Source of the DNA: Eggerthellaceae bacterium
GTDB lineage: Bacteria > Actinomycetota > Coriobacteriia > Coriobacteriales > Eggerthellaceae
NCBI GenBank assembly: GCA_036553105.1
Contig: JAXKBI010000046.1
Location: 3,215-67,214, forward strand
Length of the DNA: 64,000 nucleotides
Reading direction: 5' to 3'
Shown in pieces: positions 28,548-37,016 of the stretch. The notes below the pieces were generated by a model. It worked only from the letters and a program-made list of their open reading frames with translations. It was not told the DNA's origin and ran no database searches. Each line of letters starts with the position of its first letter. Position 1 is the stretch's first letter. The position numbers were made by a program, and so were the translations under genes.

Positions 28548-29672
28548 ATGTCTAATCTTCTAGATACGCCAAAGCTCGGCTTCGGCTGTATGCGCTTGCC
28601 CTTAACGAACCCCGAAGATCAAACTGCTATTGATATCGAACAGTTCAAAGCCATGGTCGACGCTTTTATGGAAGCGGGTGGAACGTACTTCGATACAGCC
28701 TATGTATATCACGAAGGAACGTCGGAAGTTGCGGTTCGTAAAGCGCTGGTGGAGCGTTATCCGCGCGATTCGTTCACGATCGCGACGAAGTGCCTCGCGT
28801 GGGCGCAGCCCGATGCCGATGCTGCGAAGGCCTGTCTGGATACGTCACTTGAGCGCTTGGGTGTGGATTACATCGACTTCTATTTGCTGCACAATGTTGG
28901 CGGTCCGCGCACGGCCAAGTTCGACGAGTACGGTATGTGGGAATGGGCTCAGCAGAAAAAGGATGAAGGGGTCATCAAGTACCTGGGCTTCTCCATTCAT
29001 GACGGTGCCGATGCGCTCGATAAGCTTCTGGGCGAGCATCCTAATATGGATTTCGTACAGGTGCAGGTTAACTATTTGGACTGGGATAACCCGGTCGTCG
29101 AATCTCGCAAGTGCATGGAAGTTGCGCAAAAGCATGGGGTCCCTGTTGTCATTATGGAGCCCGCGCGCGGCGGCCGTTTGGCGGAACTGCCCAAGCGCGG
29201 AGAAGATGTACTCAAGGCGGCTAACCCTGATAAGAGCACGGTTTCGTGGGCGTATCGCTTCTGCTATAACCTGCCCAATGTGGTTTCGGTTCTTTCCGGT
29301 ATGTCTACCCTTGAGCAAGTAAAGGAAAACGTGAAGGAATGGAAGGCCAACGCTCCCTTCACTGATGAAGAATCGAAGGTGCTCGCTCAGGCGATCGAGG
29401 CATTGGAAAGCGTAGGGACCATTCCGTGCACCAACTGCCGTTATTGCGTGAAAGATTGCCCCGCTGGAGTGAAGATCCCTGAGATCATGAGCTTGCTCAA
29501 TCTGGAGAAGATGACCGAGAACCGCGAGTTCGCCAAAAGCCAGTACGCTTGGCAGACGCGGGATGGCCGTGCTTCGCAGTGCACGCAGTGCGGTTCGTGC
29601 GAAGATATGTGCCCGCAGAGCATCAATATCATCGATCTTCTGGAAGATGCGGCTGATTTTTACGAGGACTAG
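28548..29672 (+). CDS. Aldo/keto reductase with C-terminal 4Fe-4S dicluster domain
   Basis: LGFGCMRLP, FDTAYVY, IDFYLLH, CTNCRYC...CP and CTQCGSCEDMCP. Confidence 0.92.
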   Translation: MSNLLDTPKLGFGCMRLPLTNPEDQTAIDIEQFKAMVDAFMEAGGTYFDTAYVYHEGTSEVAVRKALVERYPRDSFTIATKCLAWAQPDADAAKACLDTSLERLGVDYIDFYLLHNVGGPRTAKFDEYGMWEWAQQKKDEGVIKYLGFSIHDGADALDKLLGEHPNMDFVQVQVNYLDWDNPVVESRKCMEVAQKHGVPVVIMEPARGGRLAELPKRGEDVLKAANPDKSTVSWAYRFCYNLPNVVSVLSGMSTLEQVKENVKEWKANAPFTDEESKVLAQAIEALESVGTIPCTNCRYCVKDCPAGVKIPEIMSLLNLEKMTENREFAKSQYAWQTRDGRASQCTQCGSCEDMCPQSINIIDLLEDAADFYED

Positions 29673-29887
29673 GGGCCGCTGCGGGGTGCGGGGCTATTTT
29701 GGCTCCATCTAACCCCGGCGGGCTGCTTCAACCCGAGCCCACCTTTGGGGTGTGCGACCGCTTCACTCCGAGTCTGCCCGCAGGGTTGCCTCGACTCGAA
29801 CACGCTCGCCGATCTCCAGCCCAAGTTCGCTCCCGGGGTGCGAGGCCGCTTTAACCCGCGCCCGCCCCCGGGGTGCGGATCAAAAAT

Positions 29888-30105
29888 GCCTTGCGCAATT
29901 ATTTCGAGGTGATTTGGCAATTTTTTTCGTTTTTCAACGAGTGGAGACTCAAGTTGAACGAAAACTTACCATCAAAAGGGCGAATCTGTGTACTAAATGC
30001 CTGCTCAGATACACAAAAGTCTCGATGTGTGAGAAGCCTCCAGGCGCCGAATCGTTGAAAAACGAAAAAAATTGCCAAATTACCCCTCTAAAACATGCAC
30101 AAGGC
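29888..30105. mobile_element. MITE/REP-like inverted-repeat element, copy 1
   Basis: Imperfect terminal IRs of about 53 bp with a perfect 29-bp core ATTTGGCAATTTTTTTCGTTTTTCAACGA (29912-29940/30052-30080). Non-coding. Related copy at 34729. Confidence 0.7.
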
Positions 30106-30230
30106 TGTTCGCGCACAAGGTTGCTGCCTATCCAAGGGTGCGAGTAGGTGGAAAGTGCACCGAGTGGGGTGCGTAAGGCTGTTCCGACCCAAACTCGCTC
30201 GCAGGCCTGCCTCGGCCCAAGCCCGCAGGT

Positions 30231-30932
30231 CTACTTTAGCCCGAGTCCGCCCATGTTCTGGAAGCGTTTTTGCAGCATTTCGGTGGGATAAGCATCGTCG
30301 CAATACTGCTCGAATGCATTCTGCGCGGGAATGCCGTGAACGCGGTCGTCAGCGCGCAGAAGTACGGCGATGGTCATGATGATGTCGCAAATAAGGAACA
30401 CGGTGAGAAGCGTCGTTGCGATGCGGTAGATCGCGCCCTTTAGATTGATGCGGTCGAACACCTTTTGGCAAAGCGGAAGACCGATCTTCACCCAGATAGC
30501 TCCAAGGCAGCCCCATATCAGCATGTGGAACAGATCGGTGCGGCCGTCGAAGTTGAAGGGAATGGTCAGGTAGCTCCAGGCGACAACGCCCCAATACGTT
30601 TCCATTGCCCAGCTGGCGAAATACTCGATCGCGCCACCAACGATGCCTCCGATGACGATGATCAGAATCGTGCTGCGCTTCTGGAACGGTTCGAGAATGA
30701 CCGTCAAGAGAGCCGCGGCAAGACCATAAATGGGGGATAGTGGTCCCCAGATGAACCCAGCGCGGTTCTGCCATTCGCCAAAGGCCACATAGTGCTGGAT
30801 GGTTTCGCCCACCAGGCCAGCGAACGACATGACGAAGAAGATCCAAACAAGCTTGCCAAGGCTGTCGCCCATGTGGGTACGTTGTTCGTCGCTTTCGACG
30901 ACCGTACGCTCAAGCGCGTTTGCATTCTCCAT
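30231..30932 (-). CDS. Putative ABC transporter permease (CmpB/DUF1113-like membrane protein)
   Basis: NRAGFIWGPLSPIYG, EYFASWAME and WSY...FNFDGR. Start behind GAAAGGA. Confidence 0.8.
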   Translation of the reverse strand: MENANALERTVVESDEQRTHMGDSLGKLVWIFFVMSFAGLVGETIQHYVAFGEWQNRAGFIWGPLSPIYGLAAALLTVILEPFQKRSTILIIVIGGIVGGAIEYFASWAMETYWGVVAWSYLTIPFNFDGRTDLFHMLIWGCLGAIWVKIGLPLCQKVFDRINLKGAIYRIATTLLTVFLICDIIMTIAVLLRADDRVHGIPAQNAFEQYCDDAYPTEMLQKRFQNMGGLGLK

Positions 30933-31087
30933 ATCGTTCCTTTCTATGGGCATTTGACGAGCGATCATTGGGGCAGAGGCGAGACCTCTGCGAAGTAGTT
31001 AGCCAGTCCATTGTAACTATCTGGTTGCTTTGCGAAAAGCAGAACAACCAGCTCGATAAACGGATGAATGCGCGGTATTATCACGGC

Positions 31088-32683
31088 ATGACAAAACGTG
31101 ATGCACATAATCAGGCGAAACGCGTTCTGATGCGTTTGAGAACTTTTTTTCAAGACAGACGGACCTTCCAGAAAACAGCACATGAATGTGTTCAAAACGT
31201 GAGGGAGACCACGAAGCACTTCATGTCCGAAGAGGTGCGAGCGCTCCCTTCTCGCCTTAGTGAGCGGGTGAAGTGCGCCAGGCGATTCGTCGTTCAGAAC
31301 CCGGTTTTGTTGGGTGGCGCGGTTGTGTGCGCGGTTGTAGCGGGAGGATTGTCGGGCGCTGTGCTGGTTGATATTGATCGAAGCAGCATTGGTCAGATTG
31401 AGGCGATGAGCGCTAGGGGACAGACGGACGTGGGCGAGCGTGTGACAACGTTGGGTTGGTCTCAAACGGACGAGCGCGAAGAGGCGAACTCCAATCAGGG
31501 CGATGCGGGCTTCGCTCACGATGAGACGGACTCCGATCGGGGCGAAACGGTTTCTTTCGACGATATTCGCGCGATGGATGTTATTGCATCGCGGCTGGGC
31601 GCGGGTGCCGCTAATGCGTTGGTTGTCCAGTGCGTTTCTGTCGCACAGGACAAAGTGCAGGCTGCGCACGATGAAGTTCTTCAAAGTGCGATCGCTAGTG
31701 CGCTTGATGCTGATGCAGTGCGCTCTATTGACGCAGCAAGCGACACCCCGCAAGTGTTCTCGCTGCTTGAACAGGGAGCTTCGACCGAGCGGGATCTATC
31801 GGCGTTGAGCAGTGCCATTGCGGCTATAGAAACGCAGGGCTATACCGTGGGTTGCTTCATGATCGATGTCGATACCGGTAACGGCGTGGCGTACAACTTG
31901 GATAGTCGCGTGTATGGTGCGAGCTCCTTCAAGGGTCCTTATGCGGCGTTCTTGTGCGAGCAGTTGGCCGATGGTGGGCAGGGGTTGTCGGCGTCTTCGA
32001 TGAGCTTGCTCGAATCGATGGTCACCTATTCTGACAATGATGCTTTCAGGATTCTGCGCAATACGTATGACAGTGCCGGGTTCACGGACTGGGTGGCGTC
32101 GTGCGATGTTGCGACCGATATCGTGCACGACACGCATTTCCCCCGCTATTCGGCGCGCGAATCGGCCCTTCTGTGGCTGCATATGTATGATTATCTGGAA
32201 AGCGGCGCGGATCATGCGTCGTATTTGGCGGAGCTGTATCAGCAGACGAACACGTCGTTCATTCGCGATGGCGTCTCGGCGGTTCAGGACGGAGCCCAAG
32301 ATGGCGAAGGCGGGGATGGCGAAACCCAGGACGACAGTCAGAGCAGCGAGAGTTCAGGCGCCGAGGGCGGCGCGCAAGATAATGGGGGCTCCGGCGCTGA
32401 GAACGACGCCACCCACGAGGGCGAGAACCTAGACTCCGAAGACGACGCCACCCAGAATGGCGAGAACCTAGACTCCGAAACCCAGAACGCTGAAACCCCC
32501 GTTGTCATGAACAAGGCGGGATGGAACGCCAGCGGCACACGATTCAGTGGCCTGTGCGATGCGGGCATCATTGAGTACCAGGGTAAGACCTACATAATGT
32601 CGGTCATGTGCAGTGCGCCTGATAGCGAAAGTCATCGTGCACAGGTGTCGGCGGTCGTTCGAGCGTTGTTCGATCTTCGTTAA
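31088..32683 (+). CDS. Membrane-anchored serine hydrolase (class A beta-lactamase/PBP fold)
   Basis: SxxK (ASSFK), SDN and K-x-G (NKAGW) motifs, with one TM segment. Start uncertain; ATG 31088 follows a TATTAT -10 and may be leaderless. Confidence 0.78.
   Translation: MTKRDAHNQAKRVLMRLRTFFQDRRTFQKTAHECVQNVRETTKHFMSEEVRALPSRLSERVKCARRFVVQNPVLLGGAVVCAVVAGGLSGAVLVDIDRSSIGQIEAMSARGQTDVGERVTTLGWSQTDEREEANSNQGDAGFAHDETDSDRGETVSFDDIRAMDVIASRLGAGAANALVVQCVSVAQDKVQAAHDEVLQSAIASALDADAVRSIDAASDTPQVFSLLEQGASTERDLSALSSAIAAIETQGYTVGCFMIDVDTGNGVAYNLDSRVYGASSFKGPYAAFLCEQLADGGQGLSASSMSLLESMVTYSDNDAFRILRNTYDSAGFTDWVASCDVATDIVHDTHFPRYSARESALLWLHMYDYLESGADHASYLAELYQQTNTSFIRDGVSAVQDGAQDGEGGDGETQDDSQSSESSGAEGGAQDNGGSGAENDATHEGENLDSEDDATQNGENLDSETQNAETPVVMNKAGWNASGTRFSGLCDAGIIEYQGKTYIMSVMCSAPDSESHRAQVSAVVRALFDLR
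32402..32479 (+). repeat. 2 x 39-bp in-frame tandem repeat
   Basis: (A/G)ACGACGCCACCCAnnAnGGCGAGAACCTAGACTCCGAA twice, encoding (N/D)DATxxGENLDSE. Confidence 0.9.
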
Positions 32684-32727
32684 GTTTTGATTTTTCTGCA
32701 AAGAGCCAGCACTTGTAAATGCTTTGA

Positions 32728-32755
32728 TTGACAAGTGGCAGCGCATTGATACCAT
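32728..32755 (+). promoter_or_regulatory. Sigma-70-type promoter for the CNNM gene, implying a ~280-nt leader
   Basis: TTGACA-N16-TACCAT with an extended TG. Confidence 0.55.
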
Positions 32756-32825
32756 ATTGAGCAATATACGACTACGGGAACAGTGTCAGAAAAATGTTGT
32801 TTCCAGAACAGGAGATTCAGCTGTC

Positions 32826-32984
32826 GTGAACGACTCCGACGGCGGCGGTCGATGTAGTTCGGCCCGAGAGCGCTTTATCTCACATATTCGTTTCTTCTGG
32901 AACCCAGCGCGGTCTAGGTCTTCGTGTGAAGTCAAGGCTGCGTTTCTTTATGCCCGCACCCCAAAGGAGGAGATGGCCGTGTAG
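32826..32984 (+). CDS. Putative leader peptide (52 aa, MNDSDGGG...)
   Basis: AGGAG at 32810-32814 and a GTG start. Lies in the long leader of the CNNM/CorC gene. Confidence 0.42.
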   Translation: MNDSDGGGRCSSARERFISHIRFFWNPARSRSSCEVKAAFLYARTPKEEMAV

Positions 32985-33040
32985 AACCTCGGTTGTATTT
33001 TGGTGAGTGTTTGCGGCTAATCGAAAGGAACGATTGATCA

Positions 33041-34372
33041 ATGCCGATATGGGTAAGTCTTTTATTAGTAGTACTATTTTTGTTGATGAACGCCTTCTTT
33101 GTTATGGCGGAATTCTCGTTGGTTCGTGTGCGCAAATCGCAGATCGAGCTATTGCTGGAAGAAGGTAAGGCGGGCGCTAAGCGTGCCTTGCATATTGCTG
33201 AAAATGTCAACGCATATCTGTCAGCTTGTCAGCTGGGTATTACGCTCGCATCGCTGGCTCTTGGTTGGTTGGGCGAACCGGCTATTTCGGCTCTGTTCCA
33301 TCCAGTGTTCGCGGCACTCAATCTGCCCGATGCGGCAGTAATGGCCATTTCTGTCGCGATCGGTTATTTCATTATGACCGCATTGCACGTGGTAGTGGGC
33401 GAATTGGTGCCCAAGTCGATGGCCATTCTTAATACCGAAAGCTATGCGCTTCATACGGCCGGTCCGCTGCATGCGTTCTACATGCTGACCTATCCCATCA
33501 TGTGGCTGTTCAACACGCTGACCAATGGCATCATGCGCCTGACCGGGCACGATCCGTCCAAGGAGCATGACGCTTACAGCGAAGAAGAGATCAAGATCCT
33601 TCTGGAGGAAAGCGCCGAGAGCGGTTCTATCGAGCAGGATCAGTACCAGTACTTGGATAACATCTTCGACCTGGATGACAAGGACGCCAAGTCCATCATG
33701 ACGCCGCGCATCGAAGTGATGGCGATCGACCTGGATGATGATCTGGAAACCAATCTTGATCTGATGGGCAAGAACAAATTCACCCGCTATCCGGTGTTCC
33801 GTGAGGACAAGGACAACATTATCGGCTTCGTTCACATCAAGGACGCGTATCTGCTGCCTGAAGGTTCTACGATGAAGGACCTTCGCATCCGTACGGTTCA
33901 GGTGGTACCGGAGAGCCTTTCTATTGTGAAGCTGCTGCAGATGCTGCAGGCTAAACACACCAAGATCGCAGTGGTCGTTGATGAGCACGGTGGCACCGCG
34001 GGCATTGTTACCATGTCGGATGTGGTCGAGCAGATCATCGGTCGTATGGAAGACGAGTATCTGCATGACGATCAGGACGAGATCCTCAAGGTGGGAGATG
34101 ATCGCTACTTGGTAGACGGATCGCTGCCGGTTGATCAGTTCGTCGAGTTCTTGGGCTTCGAACCTGTGCCGGTGTATGACTACGAGACGGCCAGCGGCCT
34201 GATGCTCGACCTGATTGACAAGATCCCTGAAGAGGGAGACACCTTCGAGTTGTCCAACGACGGCAAGAAGTACACGCTGTGCGCGAACCTGATGGATGGT
34301 TTGCGTATCGACAAGATCGGCGTGAGGATCGAGCGCGACGAGTCCGCCGAAGAAGGAGACGAGGACAAGTAG
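33041..34372 (+). CDS. HlyC/CorC (CNNM, hemolysin-family) transporter: DUF21 + CBS pair + CorC domain
   Basis: NAFFVMAEFSL, CQLGITLASL.LGWLGEP, GELVPK, IMTPR and VVDEHGGTAGIVT. Confidence 0.94.
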   Translation: MPIWVSLLLVVLFLLMNAFFVMAEFSLVRVRKSQIELLLEEGKAGAKRALHIAENVNAYLSACQLGITLASLALGWLGEPAISALFHPVFAALNLPDAAVMAISVAIGYFIMTALHVVVGELVPKSMAILNTESYALHTAGPLHAFYMLTYPIMWLFNTLTNGIMRLTGHDPSKEHDAYSEEEIKILLEESAESGSIEQDQYQYLDNIFDLDDKDAKSIMTPRIEVMAIDLDDDLETNLDLMGKNKFTRYPVFREDKDNIIGFVHIKDAYLLPEGSTMKDLRIRTVQVVPESLSIVKLLQMLQAKHTKIAVVVDEHGGTAGIVTMSDVVEQIIGRMEDEYLHDDQDEILKVGDDRYLVDGSLPVDQFVEFLGFEPVPVYDYETASGLMLDLIDKIPEEGDTFELSNDGKKYTLCANLMDGLRIDKIGVRIERDESAEEGDEDK

Positions 34373-34382
34373 CGTGGTGCGT

Positions 34383-34497
34383 GCGTGAGGTGCTGGGGCG
34401 TGGCGTGTGGGCGCTCACGGGCGACGCAGGTGGCGCCGCGGCATGAGGCCGTGCAGCGCTGGGTTGCGAGAGGTCACGAGATTGATATTTCACCCGG
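34383..34497 (+). repeat. ~110-bp dispersed direct repeat, copy A
   Basis: Shares GCGTGAGGT...GTGGG(C/T)GCTCACGGGCG...CGTGC(A/G)GCGCTGGGTTG(C/T)GAGAG...CACCCGG with 35165-35275. Confidence 0.7.
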
Positions 34498-34622
34498 TGT
34501 GGGCATGTGCGATGCCGTGTGTGCAAGCGCGCGGGCGCGAGAGTTGTGCGTGGGTGCGCGGATTGCAGGTGCAAGCTCCTCATTGGAGTGGCATCGGCTC
34601 CTTAACGCGTCGACCCGATATC

Positions 34623-34652
34623 AGGGGGTTCAGTTCGCTGAACCCCTTTTTT
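34623..34652 (+). terminator. Intrinsic terminator
   Basis: GGGGTTCAG-TTCG-CTGAACCCC followed by T6. Confidence 0.8.
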
Positions 34653-34728
34653 GTTTTGTGAGCTTCGGCAGACATGCGTGAGGCGCCGATAAGTCGCCGA
34701 AGTAGCTCGGTATGTCTCCAAAAAGAGC

Positions 34729-34927
34729 TTGCGCAATTATTTCGGGTCGATTTGGCAATTATTTTCGTTTTTCGACGCTTTTTCGCTCGTTTTGAGCCCT
34801 CTCTCAGGAGTGGGCGATATGACACAGGCCTCTGACCTGCGGAAATGGAAATGCGAAATAATTCAGCGTGATCCAAATTGTCAAAAACCGAAAATAATTG
34901 CCAAAAAGCCCTCAAAAACGTGCGCAA
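34729..34927. mobile_element. MITE/REP-like inverted-repeat element, copy 2
   Basis: Starts TTGCGCAATTATTTCG like copy 1. Arms 34729-34776 and 34880-34927 are complementary with several mismatches. Confidence 0.7.
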
Positions 34928-35164
34928 CGTTGTTTTGAAGGGATGATCCTGTCCCTTCTGGCTTGCGGATCGCGGGTGAGAGTCATGAAGCGCGAATCAC
35001 GAGAGGGGGTCGCGAAGTGCGAGGGGCGGAGGCGCGACTGTTCGGGTGAGGTGTGAGTCGTGAGGCGCGGGGTTCTTCTGAGGGGCGTGAGACGTAAAGC
35101 TGTTCGCGCGAAGTGTGAGCAGTGGGTGCGCGAGTGTGCACGGACGTAAGGCGTCGAGGCGCCG

Positions 35165-35275
35165 GCGTGAGGTAGCGCGGACGCAGGAGTGGCGCGTGGG
35201 TGCTCACGGGCGCCGGGGGCGCGAGGGCGTGCGGCGCTGGGTTGTGAGAGATCATGCAATCGATACTCCACCCGG
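35165..35275 (+). repeat. ~110-bp dispersed direct repeat, copy B
   Basis: See copy A at 34383-34497. Confidence 0.7.
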
Positions 35276-35362
35276 CGCACGACGCAGGTGCCCGTTTTGG
35301 TGTTCAGGGAAGCCTGCTTTTAGTAAACGGCGATTAATGCAGTCAAGCCTCAAAGAGTAAGG

Positions 35363-35505
35363 CTCTTAATTATAGAAAATGACAAATATTGAAATTAATG
35401 GTAACTTTTTAAGTCTCTTAATTGTAAAAACTGGCTATTTATATAATTAAGCACTCAGTTTTAGCCCATTTAATTGTATAAATGTATCAATCTTACAATT
35501 AAGAG
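35363..35505. promoter_or_regulatory. Array of three palindromic sites with a 52-bp period upstream of the Fic gene
   Basis: Consensus CTCTTAATTGTA-N15-TACAATTAAGAG, starting at 35363, 35415 and 35467. Confidence 0.72.
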
Positions 35506-35587
35506 CAAGAGAGCCTGATCCGAAATACGAGCCTGGGGAGGCCCGGGATAAACGATGCGACGTTCGGTCGGCAAGGCGGCGGTGAAC

Positions 35588-36835
35588 ATGGAATACAGAG
35601 AGCTTTCGAAGCTTTACCATATGGACAATTCAAGTAACAGGGAAAGCCATAGCCTGGAAGAACTTGAGCGGCGTAGGGGCGCGGCTTCTACGTTTCACAT
35701 CGGCATCGAAACGAAGACGGGTCCTCTGTTCGTGGCCATGCCCGCCGAGCTTTCGGTGCTCATGGAGCGCATCCTTCGCGCAGAGCGCAGGATGTCTTCG
35801 CTCATGCGGTCGTTTCCCTCCATCGTGCGCGGCAGGATCGTGCGGGGTTTGGTGCTGGACGAAGTAATGAGCACAAACGCCGTTGAGCAGATTCACAGCA
35901 CAAGGAAGCAGGTTGAAGAGGCGCTTGAATCTGGCGAAAAGGGCGACCTTTCCTTCAAACGCTTCAAGGAGCTTGCCCTTCTGTACTTGGGGTTGGACGG
36001 CGACGAGATAACCATGCCCGAAACCCCCGACGACATCAGATCTATATACGATGCGGTGACTGAAGGGGAGATTCCCGCAAACGAGCTTCCTGATGGAAAG
36101 GTGTTCAGGGCCGAAGGTTCGAACGTGGTTGCCGGCGGGGTGCGGGTTGTGCACAGCGGCGTGGAATCGGAGCAGAGGATCGTCGAAAACATGGAGGCCA
36201 TGCTGGCGCTTTTGAAGCGCGACGATATTCCGGAAATCATCAGCGCGGTTGCTTCGCACTACATCTTCGAATACACGCACCCGTTCTATGACGGCAACGG
36301 CAGAACGGGGCGCTATCTGCTGGCCTTGTTCCTGAGCGATGTGCTTTCGGTTCCAACGGTTCTTTCTCTTTCAGGGGCGATCGCCGAAAACAAAACCATA
36401 TACTACGAGGCTTTTGCGTCTGCGGAAAAGCCTCTGAACAGGGGCGAGTTGACGTTCTTCGTTTTGCGCATGATGGAGCTTATCCGCATTGCTCAAAGCG
36501 AAACCATGGACAGACTGGAAGAGTGCAGCAGGGCGTACGATGCGATCACCAAGGGCTGCGGCGCGCTTTTTGAAGAGGAAGAGTTTCTTCTTCATGAAAA
36601 AGAGATCCTATATGTTCTGGCTCAATATTCGGTCTTTGGCGCATCCGGGGCGATGAGCATCGAAGACGTGGCCGGCCACATTGGGCTGGGCAAGCAGTCC
36701 ACGCGCAAGTACCTCGCGGGCCTTGAGCAGAAGGAATTGGTGCGCAAATGCTCGTCCAGGCCGGCGAAATTTGAACTGACATCCGTTGCCAAGAAGAAGA
36801 TCGGGGTTGAAGAGGACAACGCAGAGAAGGAATGA
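35588..36835 (+). CDS. Fic family protein with C-terminal winged HTH
   Basis: Canonical HPFYDGNGRTGR, inhibitory-helix-like STNAVEQ, and C-terminal SIEDVAGHIGLGKQSTRKYLAGL. Confidence 0.9.
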   Translation: MEYRELSKLYHMDNSSNRESHSLEELERRRGAASTFHIGIETKTGPLFVAMPAELSVLMERILRAERRMSSLMRSFPSIVRGRIVRGLVLDEVMSTNAVEQIHSTRKQVEEALESGEKGDLSFKRFKELALLYLGLDGDEITMPETPDDIRSIYDAVTEGEIPANELPDGKVFRAEGSNVVAGGVRVVHSGVESEQRIVENMEAMLALLKRDDIPEIISAVASHYIFEYTHPFYDGNGRTGRYLLALFLSDVLSVPTVLSLSGAIAENKTIYYEAFASAEKPLNRGELTFFVLRMMELIRIAQSETMDRLEECSRAYDAITKGCGALFEEEEFLLHEKEILYVLAQYSVFGASGAMSIEDVAGHIGLGKQSTRKYLAGLEQKELVRKCSSRPAKFELTSVAKKKIGVEEDNAEKE

Positions 36836-37016
36836 TTTTTCCTTTACTCTTTCCGTTGTCGGCAAAAAGCGCAAAATTTTAGGGGGGCAAAAACTGGTAA
36901 AACTTGCCGCATGCGGAAAGGAACCTGCTTTCAGCGTCGTTCCTTTCTGTATTATTCGAGGGGAGGGTCTCGTCAAGGGGGCCCGATGCAGAACTCCTGA
37001 TGATAGGGGCATAACC

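Noticed and set aside
29699..29708. TTGGCTCCAT matches the tRNA-Thr 3' end (possible attR)
   Set aside because: Only 10 bp, and the 23 kb in between contains core genes (gltA, pyrE). Probably chance.
31088..32683. Antibiotic-resistance beta-lactamase
   Set aside because: Fold motifs are present, but the long membrane-anchored architecture fits a cell-wall serine hydrolase. Resistance cannot be claimed from sequence.
32760..33040. M-box (ykoK) riboswitch
   Set aside because: I could not find the conserved M-box sequence blocks. Reported instead as a possible leader-peptide system.
36786..37016. Long N-terminal extensions in the ORF track (also 30920, 14965, 54905, 60369, 45766)
   Set aside because: Better SD-linked or promoter-linked starts lie downstream, and the extensions lack family similarity.
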